Positions 37,103-47,066 of a stretch of 64,000 nucleotides of DNA are shown here, one piece after another (position 1 is the first letter of the stretch; each line of letters starts with the position of its first letter). Both the position numbers and the translations under genes were made by a program. Origin of the DNA: Trypanosoma brucei (lineage: Eukaryota); the NCBI GenBank assembly GCA_000002445.1, contig CH464492.1:32001-96000 (forward strand), in the 5' to 3' direction. Under the pieces are notes generated by a model. That model was not told the DNA's origin. It worked only from the letters and a program-made list of their open reading frames with translations, and did no database searches.

Positions 37103-38527
37103 ATGTCACGGCAATCAACGCAACGCGCTGTAGCAGCCGCACTGACGCTGCTTCTAGGCTCCGTAGAGGCGGCCCAAGATGCAAATGCAAAAGAACACAG
37201 CATACTGTGCAGGCTGCTGTCCGTGGCGGCAATAGAGCCAGAACCAAAAACATTGTCACCAGATGCAAGCGCGCTAGTAGCGACACTGGAGGAATTAAAC
37301 TTCTCAAACAGCGACGCCAACTGGACATCAAACTTCGATTTTGCCGCAATGACCGCCAAACCAGATGAATTGCCTCAAAAATTTAGGAAAGCACCGTATC
37401 CCCCAATGTGGACAACGATGTGGCCGAAATGGTACGCCGCAGGCAAACGGGCCGGCGAGGCTAAGGTCGGCACCGCTAGAAACAGCGATTACCCAGCCAT
37501 AAACGACGGGAGGCAAAAAAAACAGGCTCACAGTCAAATATCCGCGCTTCTTGACAGGGCGCTTTCATTGAAATCAAAGATAGACAACCTCAAAGGAGCG
37601 GACGGCACGTTCGGCATGACCACAGTAAGATCCCACCTTCAAGCAGCGGCCTACGGCAAGCCAGAGGCCAACAAGCCGACAACGCCAGACGGCATCCACG
37701 CACTGGCCAACTGGGACTCGGCATGCGGCAAATCAAACGTGGGCAAAAGCCTAGCAAGCGACATGATGTGCCTTTGCCACGGTACAGGTGTAACACCGCA
37801 AGACTGCGGGCTGACTGTAACGGCTGTCCAGTGGAACGCAGCCAAAACCATCGATGAGCCGTGGAATCCACTCAAAACATCTTGCCCATGCGGCAAACCA
37901 GGCGAACTGACAGACGCAGTAGTTGAAGCGGCAGTGACGGACTTTACAAGGGCCCTGAAGGAAACCTCCACCGGTGGCGAAAAAGTGCTACACTTCGGCG
38001 ATAACTCCGGCACAGGGTGCAATGGAGCAGACACCAAACTTTGCATAGATTACAGCGACTTCTTCAAAAAAGGAGGCGATAGCGGAGTAAGCAAGATAAA
38101 GTGGGCAGCCGAGCTTCGGCTGGCAGCAGGGCTAGCAAAGCAGACCGAAACCAGGCTGCAGCAAGCGCAGACACTGGCCCTGCTTGTAGAAGCACTCAGC
38201 GAGGAAGCAAAAAGCGTTTATACAGCTGCCGCCCAAAACAGGTTAGTGCCACCAGCTGAAGCGGAACACCAAGCGGATGCCAGCAGGCACCGTGATCAGA
38301 CGCAGGGCATTACCGGCGAAAAAAAGCAAGAAATTACATGCCAGGAGGAAAATAACAAGGATAAAAGCAACAGCAAGGCCGGATGCAAATATAATGACAA
38401 AGATAGAAAATGCGAGGAAGATCCTGCAAAAGCTACAGCAACAGCAGCACCAAACACAAACAGCACAGGAGACAATTCTTTTCTCATTAACAAGGCCCCT
38501 CTTTGGCTTGCATTTTTGCTTCTATAA
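37103..38527 (+). CDS. VSG: Intact VSG (474 aa) with a 17-aa-type GPI signal
   Basis: MSRQSTQRAVAAALTLLLGSVEAAQDANAKEH…MMCLCHGTGVT…NSFLINKAPLWLAFLLL*. An exact 16-mer lies downstream. Confidence 0.92.
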   Translation: MSRQSTQRAVAAALTLLLGSVEAAQDANAKEHSILCRLLSVAAIEPEPKTLSPDASALVATLEELNFSNSDANWTSNFDFAAMTAKPDELPQKFRKAPYPPMWTTMWPKWYAAGKRAGEAKVGTARNSDYPAINDGRQKKQAHSQISALLDRALSLKSKIDNLKGADGTFGMTTVRSHLQAAAYGKPEANKPTTPDGIHALANWDSACGKSNVGKSLASDMMCLCHGTGVTPQDCGLTVTAVQWNAAKTIDEPWNPLKTSCPCGKPGELTDAVVEAAVTDFTRALKETSTGGEKVLHFGDNSGTGCNGADTKLCIDYSDFFKKGGDSGVSKIKWAAELRLAAGLAKQTETRLQQAQTLALLVEALSEEAKSVYTAAAQNRLVPPAEAEHQADASRHRDQTQGITGEKKQEITCQEENNKDKSNSKAGCKYNDKDRKCEEDPAKATATAAPNTNSTGDNSFLINKAPLWLAFLLL

Positions 38528-38549
38528 AACTTTTAGGATTTTTGCTGTT

Positions 38550-38565
38550 TGATATATTTTAACAC
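38550..38565 (+). promoter_or_regulatory. VSG 3'-UTR 16-mer TGATATATTTTAACAC
   Basis: Exact match. Confidence 0.9.
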
Positions 38566-38696
38566 CTAAATTCACCGAAAAAATTGAACTGTATTTGTAA
38601 AAAATTCTGAGTCTGTAAAAATTTTTGCTTTTCTGATACCTAAAATTTTTTTCCTTTTCCCGTTGAATTTTTTTATTTTGTGCAGGTAGGTGGGTG

Positions 38697-38795
38697 ATTA
38701 GTTAGGTTAGTTAGGGAGGGTTTCCCTACTTAGGCTTAGGATTAGGATTAGGCTTAGGGTTAGGATTAGGATTAGGGTTATTCGGTTAGGGTTAA
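38697..38795 (+). repeat. Degenerate telomere-like repeats in G-strand orientation (TTAGGG, TTAGGC, TTAGGA variants)
   Basis: ttaggttagttagggagggtttccctacttaggcttaggattaggattaggcttagggttaggattaggattagggtta…ggttagggtta. Confidence 0.85.
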
Positions 38796-38848
38796 TTTTC
38801 CTCTCTTCCTGCTAATTAATTTTCTCATTCCAGTTTTTCTAGTCTTTT

Positions 38849-38975
38849 AGTGATGCAGCGGCTCCATTTTTTTTACACCACTTTGCTGTTTTTATTTTTT
38901 TAAAAGTGATGCAGCAGCTTTTTTGTTATGCGAACCCTAACCCTCAACACCTTAACCCGAACCCGAAACTTAGGC
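38849..38975 (+). repeat. Left copies of the nested inverted-repeat motif AGTGATGCAGC(G/A)GCT…TTATGCGAACCCTAACCCTC
   Basis: 38849-38865 agtgatgcagcggctcc. 38906-38975 agtgatgcagcagcttttttgttatgcgaaccctaaccctcaacaccttaacccgaacccgaaac. Confidence 0.8.
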
Positions 38976-38979
38976 GCTC

Positions 38980-39700
38980 GTGTGGCTAAAAAAAATGTGT
39001 GTCGCAAAAAAAAGTGGGGGGTTGCAAAAAAAAAGAAGTTAAAGAAAAAAATGCAAAATCTAACCCGGAGTTCGAAATTTAAAAATCTCAAAACTCTCAA
39101 AAACTTTAAAATCTAAAAATCTAAAAAACGATAATTTAAAAAAATAAAGATTTAAAAAGAACCGAAAAAATCCAAACAGAAAAAAGGAAAAAAGCGAAAA
39201 AAAATAAAGCAAAAAGATGAATTAAAAAAATATGAGCTAAAAAAGCCGAAATAAAAAAATAATGCCGCGACAGGGAACAAAAAAATCAAAAATAACAAAT
39301 TAAAATTCAAAAATTCGGAAAATTTTAAAAAAAATGAAAAAATTTTTTAAAAAACCAAAAACCTCGCAAAATCCGAAAACTAAAAAAAAGGATTAGAAAA
39401 AATTTTTTAAATCTAAAAACATTGAAAACAAAAAAACTGCGGTGACAAAAAAAACGAAAAACCAAGAAGGCAAAAAAGAGTCACTGGTGGGGTGCAAAAA
39501 ATATATAAATTCAAATTTAAAAAGTCGCAAAATTTAAAAAATAAAATCATGCAAAAAAAAGAAGGGTAAAAAAGGGTTGCTGAAAGACGCGCTAAAAAAA
39601 ATTCGCGCACTCCCAAAAAACGTAAAAATGTAAAAAAAAATGCAATGTCGCGACGGGGATCAAAATATTTTTATAAATTTAAAGATTGGATATGCGTGCG
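38980..39700. repeat. A-rich, low-complexity spacer on the top strand with degenerate internal repeats (…GTCGCGACGGGG…, …GCAAAAAAAAG…)
   Basis: Visual inspection. Only low-complexity ORFs occur here. Confidence 0.7.
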
Positions 39701-39701
39701 C

Positions 39702-39759
39702 GGGGGAGTGGGGGGGAGGAGGGTTAGGGTCCGCATAATAAAGGAGCCGCTGCATCACT
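39702..39759 (-). repeat. Right inverted copy of the motif (reverse complement: TTTTTTTAGTGATGCAGCGGCTCCTTTATTATGCGGACCCTAACCCTCC)
   Basis: gggggagtgggggggaggagggttagggtccgcataataaaggagccgctgcatcacta. Confidence 0.8.
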
Positions 39760-39970
39760 AAAAAAATACAAATTTTTAAAAATCGAAAAACTCAAGAAAA
39801 AAAACAAAAATTAAAAAAGGTTTAAAAAACTTTAAAAAAACTTTAAAAAATTTAAAAAAACGCTGGCGCAAAGAAAAAAGAGCCTGTGCATTACTGTGGA
39901 GCCAAAAACAAAATTATTGGAGCAATTAAGGACGCAGCTGCGGGGTAAAAAAGAAAAAGGAAAAAAGTAA

Positions 39971-40146
39971 CCCTAACCGAATAACCCTAACCCTAACCCT
40001 AACCCTAACCCGCTAACCCGAAACACCCTAACCCTAACCCGCTAACCCGAAACACCCTAACCCTAACCCGCTAACCCGAAACACCCTAACCCTAACCCGC
40101 TAACCCGAAACACCCTAACCCTAAGCCTAAGCCTACCTAACCCCCC
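39971..40146 (-). repeat. Telomere repeats with the C-strand (CCCTAA)n on top. They include 4 units of a 29-bp higher-order repeat, CCCGCTAACCCGAAACACCCTAACCCTAA, at 40009-40124.
   Basis: ccctaaccctaaccctaaccctaa, then 4x29 bp, then ccctaagcctaagcctacctaa. Confidence 0.9.
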
Positions 40147-40311
40147 TCCACCTACCTAACTACCCCCCCCCCATTCCTACCTAGGTACCTACAAAAACTC
40201 TAAAAAAACGGGAAAAGAAGGAAAAAAATTTTATTCGCCAGAAAAACAAATGTTTTTACAGAATCAAATATTTTTACAAACAATCAACAAAAAACACTCA
40301 GCTGATTTTAG

Positions 40312-40327
40312 GTGTTAAAATATATCA
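40312..40327 (-). promoter_or_regulatory. VSG 3'-UTR 16-mer on the minus strand
   Basis: gtgttaaaatatatca is the reverse complement of TGATATATTTTAACAC. Confidence 0.9.
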
Positions 40328-40371
40328 GAAGTTTTCAAGTAGCAAGGAAAATTTTAAAAAGAGGGAGGGAA

Positions 40372-41928
40372 TTAAAAAAGCAAGGCCACAAATGCAGCAG
40401 AAACCACGCTGAGGGCGAATTGTTTGTTTACTAGAATAGAGGAATCACGGCAGTAAGGCTTTTCAAGTGTTCCTTTACCGTCCTCGTAAGTGATCCATCC
40501 GCAAACAGATTTTTTGCCAGGGGGAGCTGTTCCTTGCACGGCTTCGCATTTCTCCTTGCTTTCTATGCCAGTACATTTTGAAGTTTTCTCTCCTGTTCCT
40601 GTTGCTGGGTTTGTCTGCTCTGTAACTTTAGTTTCATCTGCTACGCACTTTCCATCTTTTTCTTCCCATTTGCAACCTTTTTCTTCACATGTCTCTTTTG
40701 GTTTGTGCTCCTTGCATTCTTCTTGTGCAACACTTGCTAATTTGTCGTTTGTTGGTTCACTGTCTTTTTTTGTGTTTGCTGAAAAACCAGCTTCATATAG
40801 GTGCCAAACACTTGGGTTCATTGTCGTTAGTGTGTTGATGGTGGCAGTAATGTCTGATTCGGTTGCTGCTGTTGGCGCTGCTTCGATTCCTTGTCGCACT
40901 TCTGTTTGCCAGCGGATCTCGCTGTTCCCTACCGTTTTTTGCCATGGTGCATAGTTGACGCAAATCTGTTTTGTTGTGCCGTCGCAGCCTGTTGCCGTCG
41001 CATCTGCCCAGCCGAGAATGTATTTGTTGTTTTGGGTTGGTGTTGTTTTGCTGTGAGTGTTTCCTCCAATTAGTGAGACGAGGCTGGTAAGCGCTGCCTG
41101 TAGAGCTGCTGCTGTGACTTTCGTTGGTGTTTGTGGGCACTCCGCCATCAAAGTATCCCAGCTTGTGTGTATTGTGCTATGCGGTGTGCGAAAGTTGTTT
41201 TGGTTTGTCGTTGTTCCGTGGGCAGCTGTTGCGCAGTTCTACATTCCCGTTTGTCCGTCGACACAAAGACAGACTAAGTCGTTAATTAACGTTTTGCCGA
41301 CATTGGTTGTTTGTTCGCTGCTGAATGGCACCGAGCCGCAGCTTGTTTCCCTTGTGTTTGAGCCGGTTCCGCCGAAAATGCTGGCGACGTTTCCCGCCGC
41401 AAAGAGGGTTGCTCTTGGTGTTAGTTCAGGAGGCTTTTCGTCTTTGCCACACACTGCTTTGAAAAGGTGTTTGTTTGCCGTGGCCGTGGCCGCTTCGACG
41501 GTTTTGATCTTGCTTTTCAGCGCCGATATCACCTCCGCTGCCGCCTGGGCCGTTTCATTTATTTGCTTCGCTGTGGCGATTCCTGCCGCAGTTTTTGGCA
41601 GCGCCTTGTATTCTTTGTTAAGTCCTTCTGTGCCTTCCTTTTCTCGTCTTTCTACCTCTGTTTTGTTGTCGTAAGCGATTATCTCCGCTCTCTGTATGTC
41701 GTTTTTTAGCTGCGTTACTTGCTCTGCAACTTTTATCTCTGTGCTGTCGAAGCCCTTAGAGGCCAGCCGAATTAAGTTACAGAGCGCTCCAAACTCTTGT
41801 GCGTTTTCAGCTTCTTGGTCAACGGTTGCGTCGACAATGGTCGCTGCGCGGAACATTATTGTGGCCGCTGTTGCCGCTAGGTACATGAGCGTGGTCATCT
41901 CTGTTGCTCTTTCTTTTTGAATGGACAT
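40372..41928 (-). pseudogene. VSG: Full-length VSG (signal peptide, N-domain, C-domain and canonical 23-aa GPI signal) interrupted by one in-frame TAG at 41236-41238
   Basis: ORFs 41239-41928 (MSIQKERATEMTTLMYLAATAATIMFRAATIVDA…LVCLCVDGQTGM*) and 40372-41151 share a frame, since both starts are divisible by 3. Hand translation across the junction gives …DGQTGM*NCATAAHGTTTNQNNFRTPHSTIHTSWDTLMAECPQ…. The end reads …DSSILVNKQFALSVVSAAFVALLF*. Confidence 0.85.
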
Positions 41929-42077
41929 GTACAGAAGGTTGCCTGTTGATCAGAAAGAAGGGGGTGCACCAAAATTTTGTGCCCCGTGGTCGTTTAGTGG
42001 TTTGTCATCAATGCTGTTTGCTTTCTGGGTTCAACAGCGAACGTTGAGCTGCTTTGTTGAAGGTTTTTAGGCAAAAA

Positions 42078-42150
42078 AGAGGGTGTTGTGAGTGTGTGTA
42101 TACGAATATTATAATAAGAGCAGTAATGATAGTAGTAATAATGATGATGA
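42078..42150 (+). repeat. Single 70-bp repeat unit in plus orientation
   Basis: aaaaaagagggtgttgtgagtgtgtgtatacgaatattataataagagcagtaatgatagtagtaataatgatgatgatgg. Confidence 0.85.
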
Positions 42151-43886
42151 TGGGAAAGTGCTTTGAACATGTACGTGCTAATACTATAATAAGAGGCGTG
42201 GTAAAATTAAATGAGAGGACAGAACAGACCAATTTAAAACAGTGCCGACTGTGCTATGGTGGCACCTGTATGAGTGGAACAGTGATCAATTGACCAAAAG
42301 CACTGCGAATATTATTAAAGAAATTAAAAAAAGGAGGTGGAATGTGCGCAGCTTCAAGCACAAAGAAGATGATATACATAATCAAATACCAGAAAGCAGA
42401 CAGTGTGAAATAGAGATGTAGCCAGGTTCAAAGACCAAATGAATTCACTCCAGCACGAACAGACAACACGTACCAAAAAAGGCATGTAATTGGACCGCCA
42501 CTGACATTATTAAATAGCGGTACGAAAATGTATTATATACAAACAGAATACTAAAAAGAATGAACAGAAACTCAATACATTGACACAAGCTGATAATGAA
42601 TGTACAACTTGCACAGAAGTGACTTTGTCAACCAAAGTAATAAAACCCCACAAGCGGAGCTGAAACAGAAAGCCGACGATTGTGGCCAATAAAATACTAA
42701 GTCCACGAACCAGCATAAACTTTCTGCAACATAGCACTATCCATCGCAATATAATAATACAAAATAAAAGTACAAACCCAAATGAAACCGTTATGTCTTC
42801 AAAATGGAGAACGCAAACAGGGACTTTTAATACCCCTTACACACAAGCGAATTACATACATTATTTGATGGATATAACCTTTCGTTGTTTTGTACAAGAA
42901 AGCATGTAAAGATTGAAACTTAAGTTTAAAAAATTGATTCAATAGATCAGCAATGATGTTTCATACAAAACTACAACTGAATCTATCTTATCACACAGAT
43001 ATCTGTAAAAAAGAACCATTTCTAAAAACTGTTTGTCGCCAAACAGATTTACGTATCGGTGAATTTCAAAAGCAGTAACAAAAAGAAAATACAATAAAGG
43101 AAACTACAGCAATTAGAACACTAACTTCAAGTACGCAATATACAAAAGTAGGCATATCAAGAAACAAAACGCAAACATAGAAAAAGTAAAATTGCAAAAA
43201 AAGAAAGCAACATTGGTTTATAAACCGCACATTAACCACGAGAGAACTTCCAAGCTGTTTCAAGTCATCGCAAAATAGACAAAACAGAAAGCAGTAAGCT
43301 GTGGCAAATCTGAAAAGAAAAGTAGGCAAACAAACGGCTGTGTTTCACACAAAAGTGCCTTAAGATTATAGCTCAACCTGAAACAAACATTGTTTATAAC
43401 GCCATGGATGTATAAAACTGACACAATGCTCGCACATAGAAGCATTATATCCAAAAGCAACATCCAACGTAGCGCGAACAGCCTTCTTTCACACTCAGAA
43501 ACTCCCCACCAGTGACGCCGCAATAAGCTGTGCAACTCACCGATTTGTAACAAAGACCGTGCTATCGCCCTCAACTCACAGGGTGACACACCTTGCCAGA
43601 CAGCGGCGGTAATGTGCTCAAGAAAAAAGAGCAAACAGTCAGAAACCAATGTGTGTTCACCAGCAGAGATCGGTAATGATTTCTACCATATCTGCACAGA
43701 TGCTCCGGAAAGAAAGTCCAGTTTCTAGCCTTCATTTCACTATTTTCTGAAACAAAAAGTATAAGCAAGAGATGACAAAAAAAAAAAAAAAAGCAAGCCT
43801 GGCACCGTATACTCGCAGCGGTAACTCTAACCGCTTTCACGCAAGCGAACAACCAAGCGACGGATAACAGTGCCCTGTATCATGCC

Positions 43887-45320
43887 TTGTGCGAAACTGT
43901 AAACCTGGCACGCGGGACGGCAAACCTGAGACAAGCGTTAAAATCGGCAACATCAGCGTACGACGAGTTAATAGAACTCAATACGTCAGCAGCTCCTAGC
44001 GAATGGCAAAAAATGCTGCAGGACCACAAGACCTCGAACTCAGCAGACGACATAGCTAAATCAGCAGGAGTACCAAAAGAGCACCTAAATAAACACTGGA
44101 CGACGAACTGGGAAAAGTGGAAAACAGCGGCCGACAAGCTGAAATCACCAAGCAGCACACCGGAAAAAGTTAAAAACAACGCGCTAACAAACCTCAAGGG
44201 ACCGGCCAAAGATCTAGCGACAGCAGCAATAAAGCAAGCATCGGCGACCGCAGCGAATATACTGGAAAAAATGGAAACCAAGAAGCAAACAGCGACCAAG
44301 TACACAGCTGAAACTGCACAAGAGCAGATAAGGCAACTAGTTTTCGGGGCAGGGAGCACTGGACAGACGTACGACAACACCAAAGTTTTTAAAACCTCAA
44401 GCAACACGCGGCAAACAGACTGCACAGACAACGCAATAACTGTAGCGGCAACTATAGTATGTGTCTGCGCCAAAGACAACACAGGGGCGCTGGCCACGCC
44501 TTGCTTCAGAGGCCAACTAAATACGCAGGCATGGAACAGCGGAGTCAGCGCACCGAGCCCAACACTATGGAACGAATTAATCGGGCACTGCCCTGAAGAA
44601 AAAACCTCGGTCATAACGGCGACGAATTTACAAACGCTGGCGCGGCGACTAAGAGCAATGGTCAAAATAATTTCAGGAGACGGCTACCTAGGCACGTTAC
44701 ACAGTGGAACAAGCTGCATCGGCACCCAAGCCACCGCAATCTGCACCAAATACACCGGCTATACCGCCAGCGCGGCGTCGCACGCAGGCAAAATCCTGTG
44801 GCTGGACGGCCTGGAAAGAATAGCAGCCGACCTTGCAGACCAAGAAACCGCAATAGCAAACAGTAACACAATGGTCGAACAAATCAGCAGGCTCCGCGAC
44901 GAAGCATACACAATAGCAGAGGCGTACAAGCTCGTATCCATACAACAAGCAGCAACAGCTGGCAGTCCGATGCCACAAAGCAGCGACAACCAAGAGTGCA
45001 CGACACACAAAAACAGCAAAACCACATGTGAAAATACAGGTAAATGCAAATGGGAAGGAAAAAATGAAACAGAAGGAACATACAAACCTAAAGAGGGAGA
45101 AGGAGAGACAAATGCAGGAACAGGGGAGTCAACTTCAAAATGCACCGGCCTCGATACCGAAGATAAATGCGAGGTTGTCCAAGTAAAGACTCATACAGGC
45201 AAAAAATATGTTTGTGGTTGGATAGAAGAAAAATCAAGAGGTACCAGTTTTCTTGTAAATAAGAAATTACGTCTTATTACTACTGCTTTTATGAGTTTGG
45301 AATCATTCTACGTTTTTTAA
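43887..45320 (+). CDS. VSG: VSG (N-domain, C-domain and GPI-signal-like end) whose annotated start is a non-ATG codon. The probable true ATG at 43771 is 1 nt out of frame across an A16 homopolymer.
   Basis: 477-aa ORF; …FLVNKKLRLITTAFMSLESFYVF*. Upstream, gagATGacaaaaaaaaaaaaaaaagcaagcctggcaccgtatactcgcagcg would read MTKKKKK.QAWHRILAAVTLTAFTQANN… (signal-like) if the A run were ±1. Confidence 0.75.
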   Translation: MCETVNLARGTANLRQALKSATSAYDELIELNTSAAPSEWQKMLQDHKTSNSADDIAKSAGVPKEHLNKHWTTNWEKWKTAADKLKSPSSTPEKVKNNALTNLKGPAKDLATAAIKQASATAANILEKMETKKQTATKYTAETAQEQIRQLVFGAGSTGQTYDNTKVFKTSSNTRQTDCTDNAITVAATIVCVCAKDNTGALATPCFRGQLNTQAWNSGVSAPSPTLWNELIGHCPEEKTSVITATNLQTLARRLRAMVKIISGDGYLGTLHSGTSCIGTQATAICTKYTGYTASAASHAGKILWLDGLERIAADLADQETAIANSNTMVEQISRLRDEAYTIAEAYKLVSIQQAATAGSPMPQSSDNQECTTHKNSKTTCENTGKCKWEGKNETEGTYKPKEGEGETNAGTGESTSKCTGLDTEDKCEVVQVKTHTGKKYVCGWIEEKSRGTSFLVNKKLRLITTAFMSLESFYVF

Positions 45321-45480
45321 TTTACTGTTCAATATATTTTAACACTTGTTGAAACAAATGTGAAAAATATTGAAACTATCTAAATTTTGAAATTTCATAT
45401 GACAGTGGCTTAGGAGTGCAAAGTAAGAGGATTATAGGGTATGAAAAATTTGTGAAATTATAATTTGTTTATTTCCTATA

Positions 45481-45570
45481 TGTATATTATTCAGAGTTTT
45501 AATAGTGATATTAGTATTAATAATAATAAGAAAGTGTTGTGAATGTGCATATACCAAAATCATAATAAGA
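45481..45570 (+). repeat. Single 70-bp repeat unit in plus orientation
   Basis: …ttaataataataagaaagtgttgtgaatgtgcatataccaaaatcataataagaagagtgacg. Confidence 0.75.
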
Positions 45571-47066
45571 AGAGTGACGAAGATGGTGTAAAAATATAAA
45601 ATAGTTGCGATGGAAGCAATGTAAAGGATGTAAGAGGACTAGTTAGGTTAGTGAGTAGAATAGTGAGAAGAAGAGAAACACTATCACTAAGGAAGGGACA
45701 TAAAGAAAGTGGGAGGGATAAGGATATGGAATATACGCAGATTCAAACGCGAATGAGACCATGAACAGCATCGAACAGCTGCAGACGGCGAATGTGACAA
45801 TTAGAGATAAACAGAGTCGCGTTTAGACGCCAAATGCAGTCTACACAACTAATACAAAGGAGTAAAAGTGGAAGGCGAATAAACATACCACGATCAATAT
45901 GCTCTTAAGAACTATTTTAACAACGTATTATTTTAGCTTAAGGAACTATCATGGGTACACAAAAACTTAAAATAAAGAATTCAAATAATAAAAGAAATAC
46001 AATTAGTTTAAAAGTGCATCTGCTAACAACACTGACGAAACCGATGAAGAAAAGAAAAAAATAAAATGAAGAATGCAACAAACCGTGCACAATTTGCAAA
46101 AATTAGTATAAATGTAGCCTGTCAGGAGACAAGAGGAATATTACATCGAAAAACAAAAATGTAAACTCCAATAAAGAAGTTAAAGAAGAAGAGGATAGCG
46201 TATGAACAGTAAGCTTAAGTGGCCATTTTAAGGATAAAAATTGTAAAATATACTATATCGGAGAAAAAAATGCCGTTCCATATTTATGCGAACGCCAATT
46301 AGAGATTACAACTTGAATAGCATACCCAGATGGTTATAGGTAATATGACTTATGAGTGTAAAATTGAATTTATTTTATTAGAGATAATCCCGAACATTAC
46401 GATTGTTTCTCATACTCTTTTTATATTATAGCACCTTTTAGTACAGTTAACTTTAAAGAAAAACAATCGCAGTAAGAAAGTCAGAAACGAATGATACAAA
46501 TGGAAGACACACGGGCATTGTAGTTCCATATGGAAGATGTTTCTTGAAAAACAGCAGTGATGAATCTTCCTCAATACACAGAATGTTGTGGTGCAAACCA
46601 AAGAATCAAACAGATAGAATATCATACTGAATTAGCTACGCCACTAGAACCCGCGATTGAAAAGGACATTAAAATAAGATGCTGTGACCATCTAAAAGAC
46701 TATAAGAAAAGCCGCATCTCATCCAAAAATAAATTGATACAGAAGAGGAGATGGCTATGACTGTTTTTTCATTGTGATGGGAGTCCCTGCCGACATGAAA
46801 CAACAGAAAGAATTTACTCATAGAGTGTGAAGCGTTATTTACTTTAACAAAAGGCTGGAACAACAACGGGTGTGGCTTGTTAGATAAATAGTAAATGTAA
46901 ATTGAAAACATTTAAACGAATATAAAAAAGAATTTAAAATGAAAATAAGGAAGCCCTCAAACAGCGGATATATTACCATTTCACGTTATACCTAAGCATA
47001 AAGAGAAAAAGAGATGTATCAAAGAAAATTTTTCAACTCAGTAACCTACCAAACTGATCCATTCTG

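Noticed and set aside
38900-39616. Small ORFs in the A-rich spacer of the telomere palindrome (38900-39100, 38928-39116, 39413-39616)
   Set aside because: Low-complexity lysine- or phenylalanine-rich translations of poly-A and poly-T. They have no start context or conservation.
39971-40146. Considered whether regularly spaced repeats here and in the 70-bp blocks could be a CRISPR array
   Set aside because: This is a eukaryotic (trypanosome) genome. The repeats are telomeric hexamers and 29-mers or VSG 70-bp repeats, with no spacer/repeat alternation and no cas genes.
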